Shown: one piece after another, positions 51,951 through 61,091 of the stretch | How the letters are laid out: the number at the start of each line of letters is the position of its first letter | Numbering within the stretch: position 1 is the stretch's first letter | Source: a virus | Taxonomy: Duplodnaviria > Caudoviricetes | Length of the DNA stretch: 64,000 nt | IMG/VR virus record: IMGVR_UViG_3300025913_000019 | Strand: one strand, 5' to 3' | Notes under the pieces: model-generated | The model's database searches: none | What the model saw: the letters and a program-made list of their open reading frames with translations, nothing else | Told to the model about the DNA's origin: nothing | Translations under genes and position numbers: made by a program

Positions 51951-52376
51951 TCAGACTCCTGCGAGGAAGAGCATCGTGCCCTTCTTGGCGAAGGTGATGC
52001 GGAGTGCGGTCGCGACCGGAGTCGTGAGCTTGGAGATGCCGTTGCCGACCGCGACCGTGGTGTCGGGATGCCAGTGGCTCGGCTCGCCAGCCGCAGGAGT
52101 GTCCTGCGAGTGGTTGAGCGCGAGGTCAGGCTCGACCAGCGTGGTATCGATCTGCACGGTGCCGCCGGTGATGGCGGCCGCCTGCGCGAAGATGCCCTGG
52201 TACAGCTGGCCGTTGTGCACCATCAGCGCCGTGATGGGCAGGTAGATGATGTCACCATCGGCATCCGCGACGATGGTGACACGACCGAAGGGGGCGCGCT
52301 GGCGGGCGACGCCCGAGCCGGAGCCCGAAGCGCCGAGGCCACCAGAGCCGCCACCGTTACCGACGATTCGGGCCAT
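51951..52376 (-). CDS. Putative virion protein (141 aa) with Gly/Ser N-linker
   Basis: SD AAGGAG; beta-rich. Confidence 0.7.
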   Translation of the reverse strand: MARIVGNGGGSGGLGASGSGSGVARQRAPFGRVTIVADADGDIIYLPITALMVHNGQLYQGIFAQAAAITGGTVQIDTTLVEPDLALNHSQDTPAAGEPSHWHPDTTVAVGNGISKLTTPVATALRITFAKKGTMLFLAGV

Positions 52377-52379
52377 GCG

Positions 52380-53129
52380 TTACTCCTTGGTTTCGGTCTG
52401 GTTGGCGGTCGACTCGACGTGCGTCGGATCGGTCGAGGCTTGCACCTGCGAGTCGGCAGCCTGTTGAGCAGCGACCGCAGCGGCCTTCTCGGCTTCCGCA
52501 TCAGCCTTGGCCTTGGCTTCCGCGGCAGCAGCCGCTTCGGCTTCAGCCTTGGCTTGGGCTTCGGCAGCCGCCTGGCGTTCGATCGCAGCCTGGGCTTCCT
52601 GGGCTTCGGCAGCTTGCACCGCAGCAGCTTCGGCTGCGGCCTTCTCGGCGGCAGCGGCTTGCTCGGCTTCTTCCGTCGCTTCGTCTTCTTCGGTGTCGAC
52701 CGGCTGGCCTTCGAAGCTGAAGCCCGGCTGTTCGGCGACGGCGACCGGCGGCGCTTGATGCGCGGCGTGCAGATCGGCGACCGAGATGGTGTTGGCGGTG
52801 GACCCGGGGATCGGATCGGTGTTCAGCAGCGGGCTGTTGTTCAGCGGCGGCTCCACGATCTTCTTCCCGGTCTCGGGGTCGAAGCGGTCCTTCGCCTTCT
52901 CTTCGACCTTGGCCACGAGGTGCGTGACGCCGGAGACCAGCGCGTGCGCGCCCTTGGCCAGCTCGGCCTCGAACTCGTGGAAGTTGTCGCCGATGTGGCC
53001 CATCCCGATGTTGGTCAGGTAGTCACGAGCCATCTGGAACTCGTGCTTGAGGAAGCCTTCGCCTTCGGAGATCAGAAAGCCGGCTTCGGCCATCGCCTTC
53101 TTCAGCGGAATCACAGAGAGATTCGACAT
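52380..53129 (-). CDS. Protein with TolA-like Ala/Glu/Lys/Gln low-complexity helix
   Basis: EQAAAAEKAAAEAAAVQAAEAQEAQAA...KAKADAEAEKAAA. Confidence 0.75.
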   Translation of the reverse strand: MSNLSVIPLKKAMAEAGFLISEGEGFLKHEFQMARDYLTNIGMGHIGDNFHEFEAELAKGAHALVSGVTHLVAKVEEKAKDRFDPETGKKIVEPPLNNSPLLNTDPIPGSTANTISVADLHAAHQAPPVAVAEQPGFSFEGQPVDTEEDEATEEAEQAAAAEKAAAEAAAVQAAEAQEAQAAIERQAAAEAQAKAEAEAAAAAEAKAKADAEAEKAAAVAAQQAADSQVQASTDPTHVESTANQTETKE

Positions 53130-53185
53130 GTCACAGTCCTTTGTGTGGATCAGAGAGCGGGTGAGACCGTAGTCCCACCCTGTCT

Positions 53186-53200
53186 CATGAAATTGCGGTC
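53186..53200 (-). promoter_or_regulatory. Candidate late promoter GACCGCAATTTCATG
   Basis: Same 14-mer as 38656-38669. Confidence 0.55.
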
Positions 53201-56200
53201 AGCCCTTGCGACCACGACGTTGCGGTTGCACTTCTTCTTCGTCCTCGCCTCCAGCCTCCGGCGCAGCATCGACTCGGAAATCGAGCGTGTCGTCATCCTT
53301 CGGCACCAGCTTCTTGACCTTCTTCGCCTGCAGCTTCAGCTCGTCGCCGTTCATGACCTTGACGCCGGCTTGCAGCAGTTGGTTGATGACCTTGGCTGCA
53401 CCGCTGAGATTGTTGACGAAGACCGACAGGGTCGGATCGGCCAGGCGCCACGTCATGCCCGGCACCTTGTAGCGGCTGGAGGTCGCCAGCTTGGTGCCGG
53501 GGAAACCGCCGCCGTAGGGCAGACACATGTAGGCGACACCGAAGTTCGGGTTGACCCCGTTCTTCTCGGCTTCACGGATCGCGATCGGGTCGGTGTCGCC
53601 ACCGTCGGTCACGAGTGCGAAGAGGCAGAGGCTCTTCTTGTCGGCACGCGGCTTGAACTCCTGCCGCATGTAGTTGCGGAAGTTGCCACCAGCCATGAGC
53701 CGCGCGTAGCGCCGGGAAGTCGCGATGTTGCCACCGGTCAGTTCCTGCGTCAGCACGTCGAACGCGTCGTTGTCGACCTTGTCGTCGACCTCGAAGCCGG
53801 CTTCGGCCCACACTTCAGCCTGCTTGAGGAGCACGCGCGCATTCTTGATACGCGCTTGCATGTAGGCCGGATCGCGACGGAAGCCCACGGCCTCGAGTGC
53901 CTTGACCGCCGACTGGTTCGTGCCGATGTCGTAGGTGAGACGCATGTAGCCGTTCAGCATCGACAGCTGCAGCCCGATGCTCATCTTCGACTTGCGGTCG
54001 AGGATCTTCACCTGGTTCTTCAGCTTCTCCTTCTCTTCGGCCTTCTTCTTCAGGTCGATCTGGCGCTGGCTGATCTTCGCCTGCTTGACGACCAAGCCCG
54101 GCACCGTGATCGGCGCGGTCATTTCCAGACCGGCCGCCTGCGCGATCTTGTTGCGCATGTCGATGCCATTGGTCTCGGTCCGAGTCATGACGAAGACGTT
54201 GGTGGCCTTGAGACCACGCGCCTTGGACCCGTCTTCGAGCAGCACGTGAACGCGAGAGATGAAGTTGCCCTTGCCGAGTGCAGCAGCGCCGAAGATCGTG
54301 CCGTCGCCGAACTCGCAGTGGCATCGCATGCCCATGACCTTGGCACGCTGAGCCTTGATGACGGCGCTGTCCTTCGAGTCGTCATCGTCGTCGCCGGTCG
54401 GCACCTCGTCCTCGTCGTCCTCGCCGGTGAGTTCCATGCCCAGGTAGTTGTCGACCCGGACCAGGCCCATCTCCGACGCCTTGTAGAGCTCGGTACCCTG
54501 GGCGTAAGGCACGCGAGCCAGCAGTGCCGCACCCGGAGGTGTAGGCGCTTGTGCGACTTGCGTGAACTTGAAGCCGCCCTCGGCAATCATCTTCTCCTTG
54601 TACTCGCGGTTCTCGGCCTTCACCGTCTCGCTGAGCATCTCCATCGAGTCCTTGTAGGCAGCAAGGTTCGAGTCGAAGTCGTTCATCGTGACGATGGTGT
54701 CCAGCGTCATCGGAATGACGGGGATCTCCGGGATCGCCTGGTAGTTCGGGTTCGTCGGGTTGTCGAACTTCGCGAGCTGCACGATCTTGGCACGCAGGCG
54801 CGCGGCCTTCGTGATGTCGATCGTCTTGTCAGCCACGATGGTGTCGAAGATCAGCTCTTCGCGCTTGTCGCCGCCCTTCGAGAAGTTCGGGCGTTCGATA
54901 CGCGAGTCACCTTGCTCCTGTTCACCCGGCGTCCACACGCCTTCCATGCGGATCAGCATGCCGGCCTGCTGCAGATTCAGACCGACTTCCAAGCTCTTGC
55001 GGATGCCGATCATCCAGCGGATCTTCGGATCTTTCTTGAAGGCGTTGACCATCTCGGTCTTGCTGCTGGTCTTGTAGAGCAGCCCGCAAGCCTTGAGGTC
55101 GTCAGGCATCGCCTCGAACAGCGAGTCGGTGGACTCGTTGTAGTTGGTGAAGACCAGAGCCTTCGAGTCGTGCGTGTCGAGGTACTCGCGCAGTCGACGC
55201 GCCAGCAGCAGCGCCTTCGGGCTCTTGAGGTCGTCGCCCGAGAGCGGCGGCACACGTTGGCCTTCAGCGTTGATGAAGCCGTTCTTGGCGTACGGATGGA
55301 AGGCCGGGTTCGTGACGAAGCGCTCGATGTCGGCCAGGTACGGCTGGATGGCCGGACCGATGTCGTCCACGTCGTCTTCCGAGTCGTCGTCGGCATCCGG
55401 GTTCACGTCGCCGAGGTCGCCGAACTTCTCTTCGTCCTCGGCAGTCGCCTTCTTGCCCGTCAGCTTCTCCAGAAGTGCCTTCGCGTTCTTGTCGGTCTCG
55501 GCGGCCTTGCGGATGCTCGAGATCATGTCGTCGAAGATCGCGTCGTACATCTCCTTCTGCCGAGGCGTCAGCGTCACCATGGAGAACTGGTCGGAGCGCG
55601 GGGGCAGGGCGCAAGCCCATTCCTTGCGCTTCGCCGGCGCCCACACCACAGTCTCCTTCAGCTTCGACAGCACGGTCGAGACCGCATTCGGGCCGGTCTG
55701 GTTCCACTGCAGCACGCGCTGACCGCTGATCTTCGCGCCGTACTTCTCGTTGAACTGCGCACGGGTGCCGAAGACCGTCGGGTCCAGGATAGCCATCTGG
55801 CCGGGGAGGTCGGACGGCGAATCCGGGTTCATCGTGCCCGAAGCGATGCGCTTCTTCTTGATGTCGGCGACCAGGGTCATCACCGACTTCATGCGAGCCG
55901 AGCCCGTGTTGCGCAGGAAGTGCGATTCGTCCATGAGGACGTAGCCAGGCTGGAACTGACGAATCAGGTCGATGACCGGGTAGACCGTGATGGTCGACGT
56001 GCCGTAGACGGTCGCGCGCGAGCGGAACTTCAGCGCGTCGTAGTCGACCACCAGGATGGTGTTGATCGGCGCCGCTTCCATGATCTCCTTCAGGCGCGGG
56101 AGGCCCGAAGTGCGCACGTTGTAGCTCGTGATCGGAATCACGTTGATCTTGCCGTCGGTGAACTCGACGATTTCCGACACGTAGTTGGCCACCAGGTGGC

Positions 56201-58073
56201 TGGGGCACATCACGAGGTAGGGCGACGACTCGCCGTGCGCGATCTCGTACAGGATGTCCGTGATCGCCAGCATCGACTTGCCACCACCGGCGTCGACCGG
56301 CCACGCAGCGAGGTCAGGACGACCGCGCATGATGTTGCGGATCTTGGCTTGGTGGGGCAGAAGACCCGACTCTTCCTCGCTGAACTTGCGCGTCAGCAGC
56401 GGGGCTGCCGGCGGAGTCCAGTTCTTGTCCACGCCTTGCAGAGCGGCCGGCTTGTTGATGGCCGCGGCCTGCACCGTCGTCGTGGCGAGATCAGCGCCGT
56501 AGGCAGCGAGCACCTGGATCTGACCCAGCTGGTCGGTCATCGTGGTCACGGCGTACTTGACGAACAGCGACTCGATGTTCCTCACCATCGTGGCCGCGAG
56601 CGTGACGATGAACCGTGCGACGGGCTGGATCGCGAGCTCGGCTTCCACGTCAGGCGAGTTGTGGTCGCCTCCAACGACGTTGAGGCTGTCCATCAGCCAG
56701 TAGCCGGTCATGAACTGCGCGTTCGTCAGCTCGTAGTACTGCTTGAAGGCGAACTTCGCGTAGTCCTCGATGCTGAGGTCGTCGCTCGCGCCGGGGAAGT
56801 CCTCGATCTTGGCGCCGTAGTTCCGGGCCACGATGCTCAGGTTGCAGGCCTCCGCGTAGTGGCTCATGCGCGTGATGAATGCATCCGGGATCGGGCGCTT
56901 CAGCAGGTTCATGGCCATCGACGCGTTGCACTTGCGCATGTGCGCCAGGTCGAGAACTTGCGGCTTGCCGGTCGAGTCCGAGTACGTGAACTTGTTGTTC
57001 ACCCAGTCGGTCAGGATCGGGATGTTGATCGGGAGCTGCGGCTTGCCAGCCGAGCCCATCCGGCGCAGCGCGAACTCGCCGTCACCTTGTTGACCGGCAG
57101 CGCTGAACATGGACTCGTACTTGTTCGTGTTGTTGCAGGCACGCGGAATCCAGATCGGCTCGCCCTTCAGGTTGATGGTGATGTTGTTCTCGTCCACGCG
57201 CTCGTCGGACTCGAGATGCTTCGGCAGCGTCTCGGCGATGCGAGAGATCGAGGTCGCGCTCTTGCCGTACTGACGGCTGACGTACTCGGCCTCGACCCAC
57301 ATCGTGAACAGCGGGTACAGGTCGACCGGACGGATCTCGGCCCAGTCGGTCGAGATCAGGTAGCAGGCCTCGACCGGCTTGATGACGAACTCGAGGAAGA
57401 TCGTGACATGGCGGCTGTCAACCTGGTAGCCGACGCCGCGCAGGCACTGGCTGAACATCGTGGTCGCGTCGGCCTTGATGCCGGCCTTGGCCACGACCTG
57501 CGAACCCGGGAACAGGGTGTACTGCGGAGTCTCGGATGTGAGGCCGGCCTGGCAGACTTCGATGTACTTGTTGCGGGCTTCGTCGGTCATGGACTCGCCG
57601 CCGAACAGCTGCAGCACGAAGTCGACCGATTCAGGGCTCGCAGTCGTCAGCTGGACGACCGGCAGCTTCAGCAGGAAGTGCGAGTCGTTGCCGGCGTTGA
57701 CCTTGCGCAGCGACGTGTACTGGTTCAGGCCCCAGTCGATGCGCTTCTTCTCCCACTCGGCGATGGCCTGGTTGAGGTTCTTGCGCTCCTTGCGCTGCTC
57801 CGGCGTCTTGGCGGCAGGCATCTTGCCGACCGGCATGGCCGACATGTTCATCAGCGGTGCGAAGGCGAGCTTCAGCATCGTCTTGCGCGGGTCACCGCTG
57901 TACATCCAGTTGAAGACACCGAGGAAGCCCTGCTGCTTCTGCTCCTTGGTGACGTCGAACTGGCTGTTGGGTACCAGGTTCGTGCGCGGCCGCTTCACCA
58001 GGGCCGCCCTGAGCTTGCTAACGGGCAACGGCAGGAGCGGTTGGCCGATGCGTTCCGATGCGATGGCGTTCAT
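53199..58073 (-). CDS. Large SNF2-family helicase/translocase (1624 aa)
   Basis: DAGGGKS; LMDESH; IASGT; WTPGEQEQGDSRIER (SNF2 motif VI). Start set at MNAIAS, SD AGAGG. Confidence 0.85.
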   Translation of the reverse strand: MNAIASERIGQPLLPLPVSKLRAALVKRPRTNLVPNSQFDVTKEQKQQGFLGVFNWMYSGDPRKTMLKLAFAPLMNMSAMPVGKMPAAKTPEQRKERKNLNQAIAEWEKKRIDWGLNQYTSLRKVNAGNDSHFLLKLPVVQLTTASPESVDFVLQLFGGESMTDEARNKYIEVCQAGLTSETPQYTLFPGSQVVAKAGIKADATTMFSQCLRGVGYQVDSRHVTIFLEFVIKPVEACYLISTDWAEIRPVDLYPLFTMWVEAEYVSRQYGKSATSISRIAETLPKHLESDERVDENNITINLKGEPIWIPRACNNTNKYESMFSAAGQQGDGEFALRRMGSAGKPQLPINIPILTDWVNNKFTYSDSTGKPQVLDLAHMRKCNASMAMNLLKRPIPDAFITRMSHYAEACNLSIVARNYGAKIEDFPGASDDLSIEDYAKFAFKQYYELTNAQFMTGYWLMDSLNVVGGDHNSPDVEAELAIQPVARFIVTLAATMVRNIESLFVKYAVTTMTDQLGQIQVLAAYGADLATTTVQAAAINKPAALQGVDKNWTPPAAPLLTRKFSEEESGLLPHQAKIRNIMRGRPDLAAWPVDAGGGKSMLAITDILYEIAHGESSPYLVMCPSHLVANYVSEIVEFTDGKINVIPITSYNVRTSGLPRLKEIMEAAPINTILVVDYDALKFRSRATVYGTSTITVYPVIDLIRQFQPGYVLMDESHFLRNTGSARMKSVMTLVADIKKKRIASGTMNPDSPSDLPGQMAILDPTVFGTRAQFNEKYGAKISGQRVLQWNQTGPNAVSTVLSKLKETVVWAPAKRKEWACALPPRSDQFSMVTLTPRQKEMYDAIFDDMISSIRKAAETDKNAKALLEKLTGKKATAEDEEKFGDLGDVNPDADDDSEDDVDDIGPAIQPYLADIERFVTNPAFHPYAKNGFINAEGQRVPPLSGDDLKSPKALLLARRLREYLDTHDSKALVFTNYNESTDSLFEAMPDDLKACGLLYKTSSKTEMVNAFKKDPKIRWMIGIRKSLEVGLNLQQAGMLIRMEGVWTPGEQEQGDSRIERPNFSKGGDKREELIFDTIVADKTIDITKAARLRAKIVQLAKFDNPTNPNYQAIPEIPVIPMTLDTIVTMNDFDSNLAAYKDSMEMLSETVKAENREYKEKMIAEGGFKFTQVAQAPTPPGAALLARVPYAQGTELYKASEMGLVRVDNYLGMELTGEDDEDEVPTGDDDDDSKDSAVIKAQRAKVMGMRCHCEFGDGTIFGAAALGKGNFISRVHVLLEDGSKARGLKATNVFVMTRTETNGIDMRNKIAQAAGLEMTAPITVPGLVVKQAKISQRQIDLKKKAEEKEKLKNQVKILDRKSKMSIGLQLSMLNGYMRLTYDIGTNQSAVKALEAVGFRRDPAYMQARIKNARVLLKQAEVWAEAGFEVDDKVDNDAFDVLTQELTGGNIATSRRYARLMAGGNFRNYMRQEFKPRADKKSLCLFALVTDGGDTDPIAIREAEKNGVNPNFGVAYMCLPYGGGFPGTKLATSSRYKVPGMTWRLADPTLSVFVNNLSGAAKVINQLLQAGVKVMNGDELKLQAKKVKKLVPKDDDTLDFRVDAAPEAGGEDEEEVQPQRRGRKG

Positions 58074-58383
58074 TGAATTCCTCTTTGGACTTGATGATGG
58101 CCTGGAAGTCATCCAGTGTCTTGATTTCGTCGCCTCGGAGTTGTCCCTCCCGAAACGCGAGATAGAGTTCCTTGTACCTGCGGGCCGCGAGCGGACTGAG
58201 GCTGAGCAGGAACGGTGCATCCCGGAGTTCAGCCTTCATGATCTTGAACTTGGGATGCGTGATTGGGTAGCCGCGCCGCTTCAGGAAATCATTCTTGGCG
58301 TGGTCGAGTGCCTGCTTGAAGCTGGTGCCCGCGCATTCGCCAGACGCTCCCTGGTAGCGGTAGTCGAAGCTGACGTAGGTCAT
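58018..58383 (-). CDS. Hypothetical protein
   Basis: ATGA-coupled start MTYVSF; overlaps the helicase start by 56 nt. Confidence 0.55.
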   Translation of the reverse strand: MTYVSFDYRYQGASGECAGTSFKQALDHAKNDFLKRRGYPITHPKFKIMKAELRDAPFLLSLSPLAARRYKELYLAFREGQLRGDEIKTLDDFQAIIKSKEEFNERHRIGTHRPTAPAVAR

Positions 58384-59072
58384 AGGTGTCGCACTCCTGT
58401 CGAGTCGCGAGCTCGGTACGTGTTCATCAGCGGCTTCCACAGCTCATCGAGGATGAACTGCTCCTTGGCACGGAGATCGGGACCCGTGTTCATGCCTGGC
58501 GCGTAGACCGGCACGAGCGGCGCCCTGATTTCGTAGCCGATGAACCACTGCCGTGGATTCAGGGTCTCGCGGTTGTAGACGAAGACGAGCAGACCAGGGT
58601 CGAGCTCGCACCGGTAGCGGCGCTCCGAATCGCGGATGCGGCTGAACCTGTAACCGCCGGGCATACGGAACAGCCGGGTGTGCCACTCGGGGTCTTCGAT
58701 CTTGAACTGCGCTTGCACGAGGATCGAGAAGCCGTAGCTCTCGATTCGGGCCTGCCGCTCCAAGTTGTGCCACGGGCTCAGGCCCCGCATCAGTCGGCTC
58801 ACATTCAAGAACCTGACCAGGTGCCGGCGCTGGGTCCAGAGGTAGTTCCTGATTGCGATGTTGGTGTCCGCTTCCGGCATCACAAATGGCAACAGGCCAG
58901 CCGATTTACAACCCTCCTTGTAGCGTTGGAGAGCGGTAACCCATGCTGACCGTGTGTCGGAGGGAAGACCCGAGCACGCTGCAAACCAGATATTTACAGC
59001 GTGCGGGTTGAAGTTGTGCGGGAAGTCCAGAGGCCCTGGTGGCCGCTGGAGCAGCTTCGAGTACGGGCCCAT
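58380..59072 (-). CDS. Hypothetical protein (230 aa)
   Basis: SD AGGAG; operon packing. Confidence 0.65.
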   Translation of the reverse strand: MGPYSKLLQRPPGPLDFPHNFNPHAVNIWFAACSGLPSDTRSAWVTALQRYKEGCKSAGLLPFVMPEADTNIAIRNYLWTQRRHLVRFLNVSRLMRGLSPWHNLERQARIESYGFSILVQAQFKIEDPEWHTRLFRMPGGYRFSRIRDSERRYRCELDPGLLVFVYNRETLNPRQWFIGYEIRAPLVPVYAPGMNTGPDLRAKEQFILDELWKPLMNTYRARDSTGVRHL

Positions 59073-59081
59073 GTGGGACTC

Positions 59082-59834
59082 CTAGATGGTGGGAGGGCCT
59101 TGGCTCACGTCGTCGATGAGGAGCGGCTGATCGGTCGGCGGCTCGACGCCACCGTCGTTGTTCGTCAGCTCCTGCACGACCGGCTCGTCTTCCTCGTCGT
59201 CGCCGTCGATGAGCATGTCGAAGGCCGCGCCGTCGGAGATCGGATCTTCGGTCGACGCCAGCGTCTTCGCATTCGCCATGGCGATCACCTCGTCGTCGCT
59301 GAGCGGTCGGCCGGCTTCGGCCTCGAGTTCCGCGCGATAGCGCTTGCCGGCTTCACGCACCTCGGCTTCGGTGAAGAGGCGGCTGGCCGTCGTGTCGAGC
59401 TTCAGCGGGTCTTCGCCGTTCGGATCAGCGGGATCGACGTCGCCTTCCATGATGCACGGCTGCTGCGCGGAGCTCGTGTCGGCGCCCAGGATCACGTCGT
59501 CTGCGGCTTCCGCCTCGTGGTCTGTGGCGGGCAGGTCGCTCGGGTTCGAGGTCGGCAGCGATCCGAAGTCCGACGTGTCGTTGGCCGTGACCGGCTTGGA
59601 CGCGCGCTCGAGCTCGGAGATCAGGTTCTCGTAAGCGGTCACCGCATCGGTGTGACCACGGGCCTTTGCGGCGGCGTGACCACGGCGTGCATCACCCAGC
59701 TCGGTCTCGATCACGCGCCGCGAGTCGTCATCGACGCTGGCGAAGAAGGTGGCCGAGTTGGACACGGGCTGCGTCGGCTGGTCGTAGGTCGAGCTGGCGA
59801 GCAGGCGTTGCTTGGCTTGGAGTTCGAGATTCAT
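59082..59834 (-). CDS. Very acidic putative internal head protein (MNLELQAKQRLLA)
   Basis: Motif; D/E/P-rich, probably disordered. Confidence 0.75.
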   Translation of the reverse strand: MNLELQAKQRLLASSTYDQPTQPVSNSATFFASVDDDSRRVIETELGDARRGHAAAKARGHTDAVTAYENLISELERASKPVTANDTSDFGSLPTSNPSDLPATDHEAEAADDVILGADTSSAQQPCIMEGDVDPADPNGEDPLKLDTTASRLFTEAEVREAGKRYRAELEAEAGRPLSDDEVIAMANAKTLASTEDPISDGAAFDMLIDGDDEEDEPVVQELTNNDGGVEPPTDQPLLIDDVSQGPPTI

Positions 59835-60034
59835 TTGCTGTGATCCCAGTGTTTGGAGGTCTCGGCGAACTCAGCCATCTTTGCGGGATGGCCGCCGGCC
59901 GCCTTGCCTTTCGCGATGTCCGCTTCGGTGATGGGTTCGTCCTCGCTCTTGCCCAGCCACTTGTGGAAGTCGCCGTGCTTGATGGGGCCGATCTTGGCCA
60001 TGAGCCTGGACTTGGCTTTGAGCTGGAGGATCAT
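59831..60034 (-). CDS. Small putative internal head protein (MILQLKAKSRLMA)
   Basis: Motif; KHGDFHKWLG...DIAKGKAAGG..AKMAEFA resembles a widespread small phage family. Confidence 0.75.
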   Translation of the reverse strand: MILQLKAKSRLMAKIGPIKHGDFHKWLGKSEDEPITEADIAKGKAAGGHPAKMAEFAETSKHWDHSK

Positions 60035-60041
60035 CTTGACC

Positions 60042-60401
60042 TCACGGGCGATAGGGTTTGAGGGCGGGTTTGCGACCCCACGGGTTCTTCGGCTTCGGCC
60101 GCTCGTGGTTGCCACGCTGCAGGTGCGTGTGTCGCGCGTCGTGGCAAGCGCCGCAAAGCGTGATGAGATTGCTCATGGTCGTGGTGCCACCGGCAGACAG
60201 CTTCAGGATGTGGTGGACGTCCTTTCCAGGTGCTCCACACGCACGGCCTGAGCGCCGGTCTTGGCACTTGCCATCGTCGCGATCCCACACACGCTTGCGA
60301 ATCTCCCACCAGTCGGTTTGCGTGGTCGAGTAGGACTCACGCTGAATGCGGGCGGTGCCATCAGCACGCCGGCGGACGTTGGGTCTGCGTTGCATGACCA
60401 T
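60042..60401 (-). CDS. HNH endonuclease
   Basis: RDDGKCQ...C...DVHHI...GGT...NLITLCGACHDARH. Confidence 0.9.
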   Translation of the reverse strand: MVMQRRPNVRRRADGTARIQRESYSTTQTDWWEIRKRVWDRDDGKCQDRRSGRACGAPGKDVHHILKLSAGGTTTMSNLITLCGACHDARHTHLQRGNHERPKPKNPWGRKPALKPYRP

Positions 60402-60414
60402 AAAATTGGACCTT

Positions 60415-60747
60415 TCAGCCGCCTTGTCGATCGTGACTGTTGTACCGTCCGTCCAGGTAGTTGACCGACATGACCCTGGCTCTGACCATGAGGCACTCGA
60501 GCTTCGACAGCCTGTAGAGCGTGTCGTCGCCGCAGACCAGGATCGGACCACCCGCGCACTCCCACACGATGAAGGGTTCGTGCGCATCGTGCTCGTTGGC
60601 GAGGTCGGACGAGTCGCGAACGATGGTCTTGCCACGGGTCTTGATGATGCAGCCCTTGACCATGCGGTCGCCCGGCAGGAACGACTCGTCGTCCGTGACT
60701 TCGAGAGCTTGCAGCAGCTCGACTTGATCGCTGATAGATCGGACCAT
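60415..60747 (-). CDS. Hypothetical protein (110 aa)
   Basis: TGATG-coupled start MVRSIS. Confidence 0.65.
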   Translation of the reverse strand: MVRSISDQVELLQALEVTDDESFLPGDRMVKGCIIKTRGKTIVRDSSDLANEHDAHEPFIVWECAGGPILVCGDDTLYRLSKLECLMVRARVMSVNYLDGRYNSHDRQGG

Positions 60748-61091
60748 CACACACCCCCACCCGTGCGGGCTTCGAAGTACCACTTGATGACCGCGGTCTG
60801 GAATGCAGCCAGCGGCACGTTGATGGCCGCGATGATGAGGCCGATGTCGGTGCCGTTGCGAGCCTCGTTCACGTCGGCGTAGTGCATCGACCACTTGATG
60901 ACGCCGAAGGTGACGAACAGCGTCGCCATCGCCACGATGTGCTTCTCGACATCGCGCTTGTCGAACCAGTCCCACAGCATGGTCATGGTCGCGACGATCA
61001 TGCTCACTTCCTTGGGCGGCTGCACCGTGACTTCGGTCTTCACGGTTGTGGTCTCGGTCACGGCCGATTGTGTGGTGTTGTCTTCGCTCAT
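60747..61091 (-). CDS. Two-TM membrane protein, holin candidate
   Basis: HIVAMATLFVTFGVIKW and GTDIGLIIAAINVPLAAF helices. Confidence 0.5.
   Translation of the reverse strand: MSEDNTTQSAVTETTTVKTEVTVQPPKEVSMIVATMTMLWDWFDKRDVEKHIVAMATLFVTFGVIKWSMHYADVNEARNGTDIGLIIAAINVPLAAFQTAVIKWYFEARTGGGV

Noticed and set aside
42455-58076. Very long plus-strand ORFs (42455..44851, 47499..49775, 51747..58076 at 2109 aa)
   Set aside because: Exact antisense overlaps of sheath, scaffold and SNF2 genes; stop-poor reverse frames are expected with this codon bias
53199-58220. ORF-track upstream starts for several genes (58220, 40094, 41660, 41901, 42554, 37826, 49769, 60635, 61179)
   Set aside because: The extensions overlap upstream genes and lack an SD; downstream coupled starts were used instead
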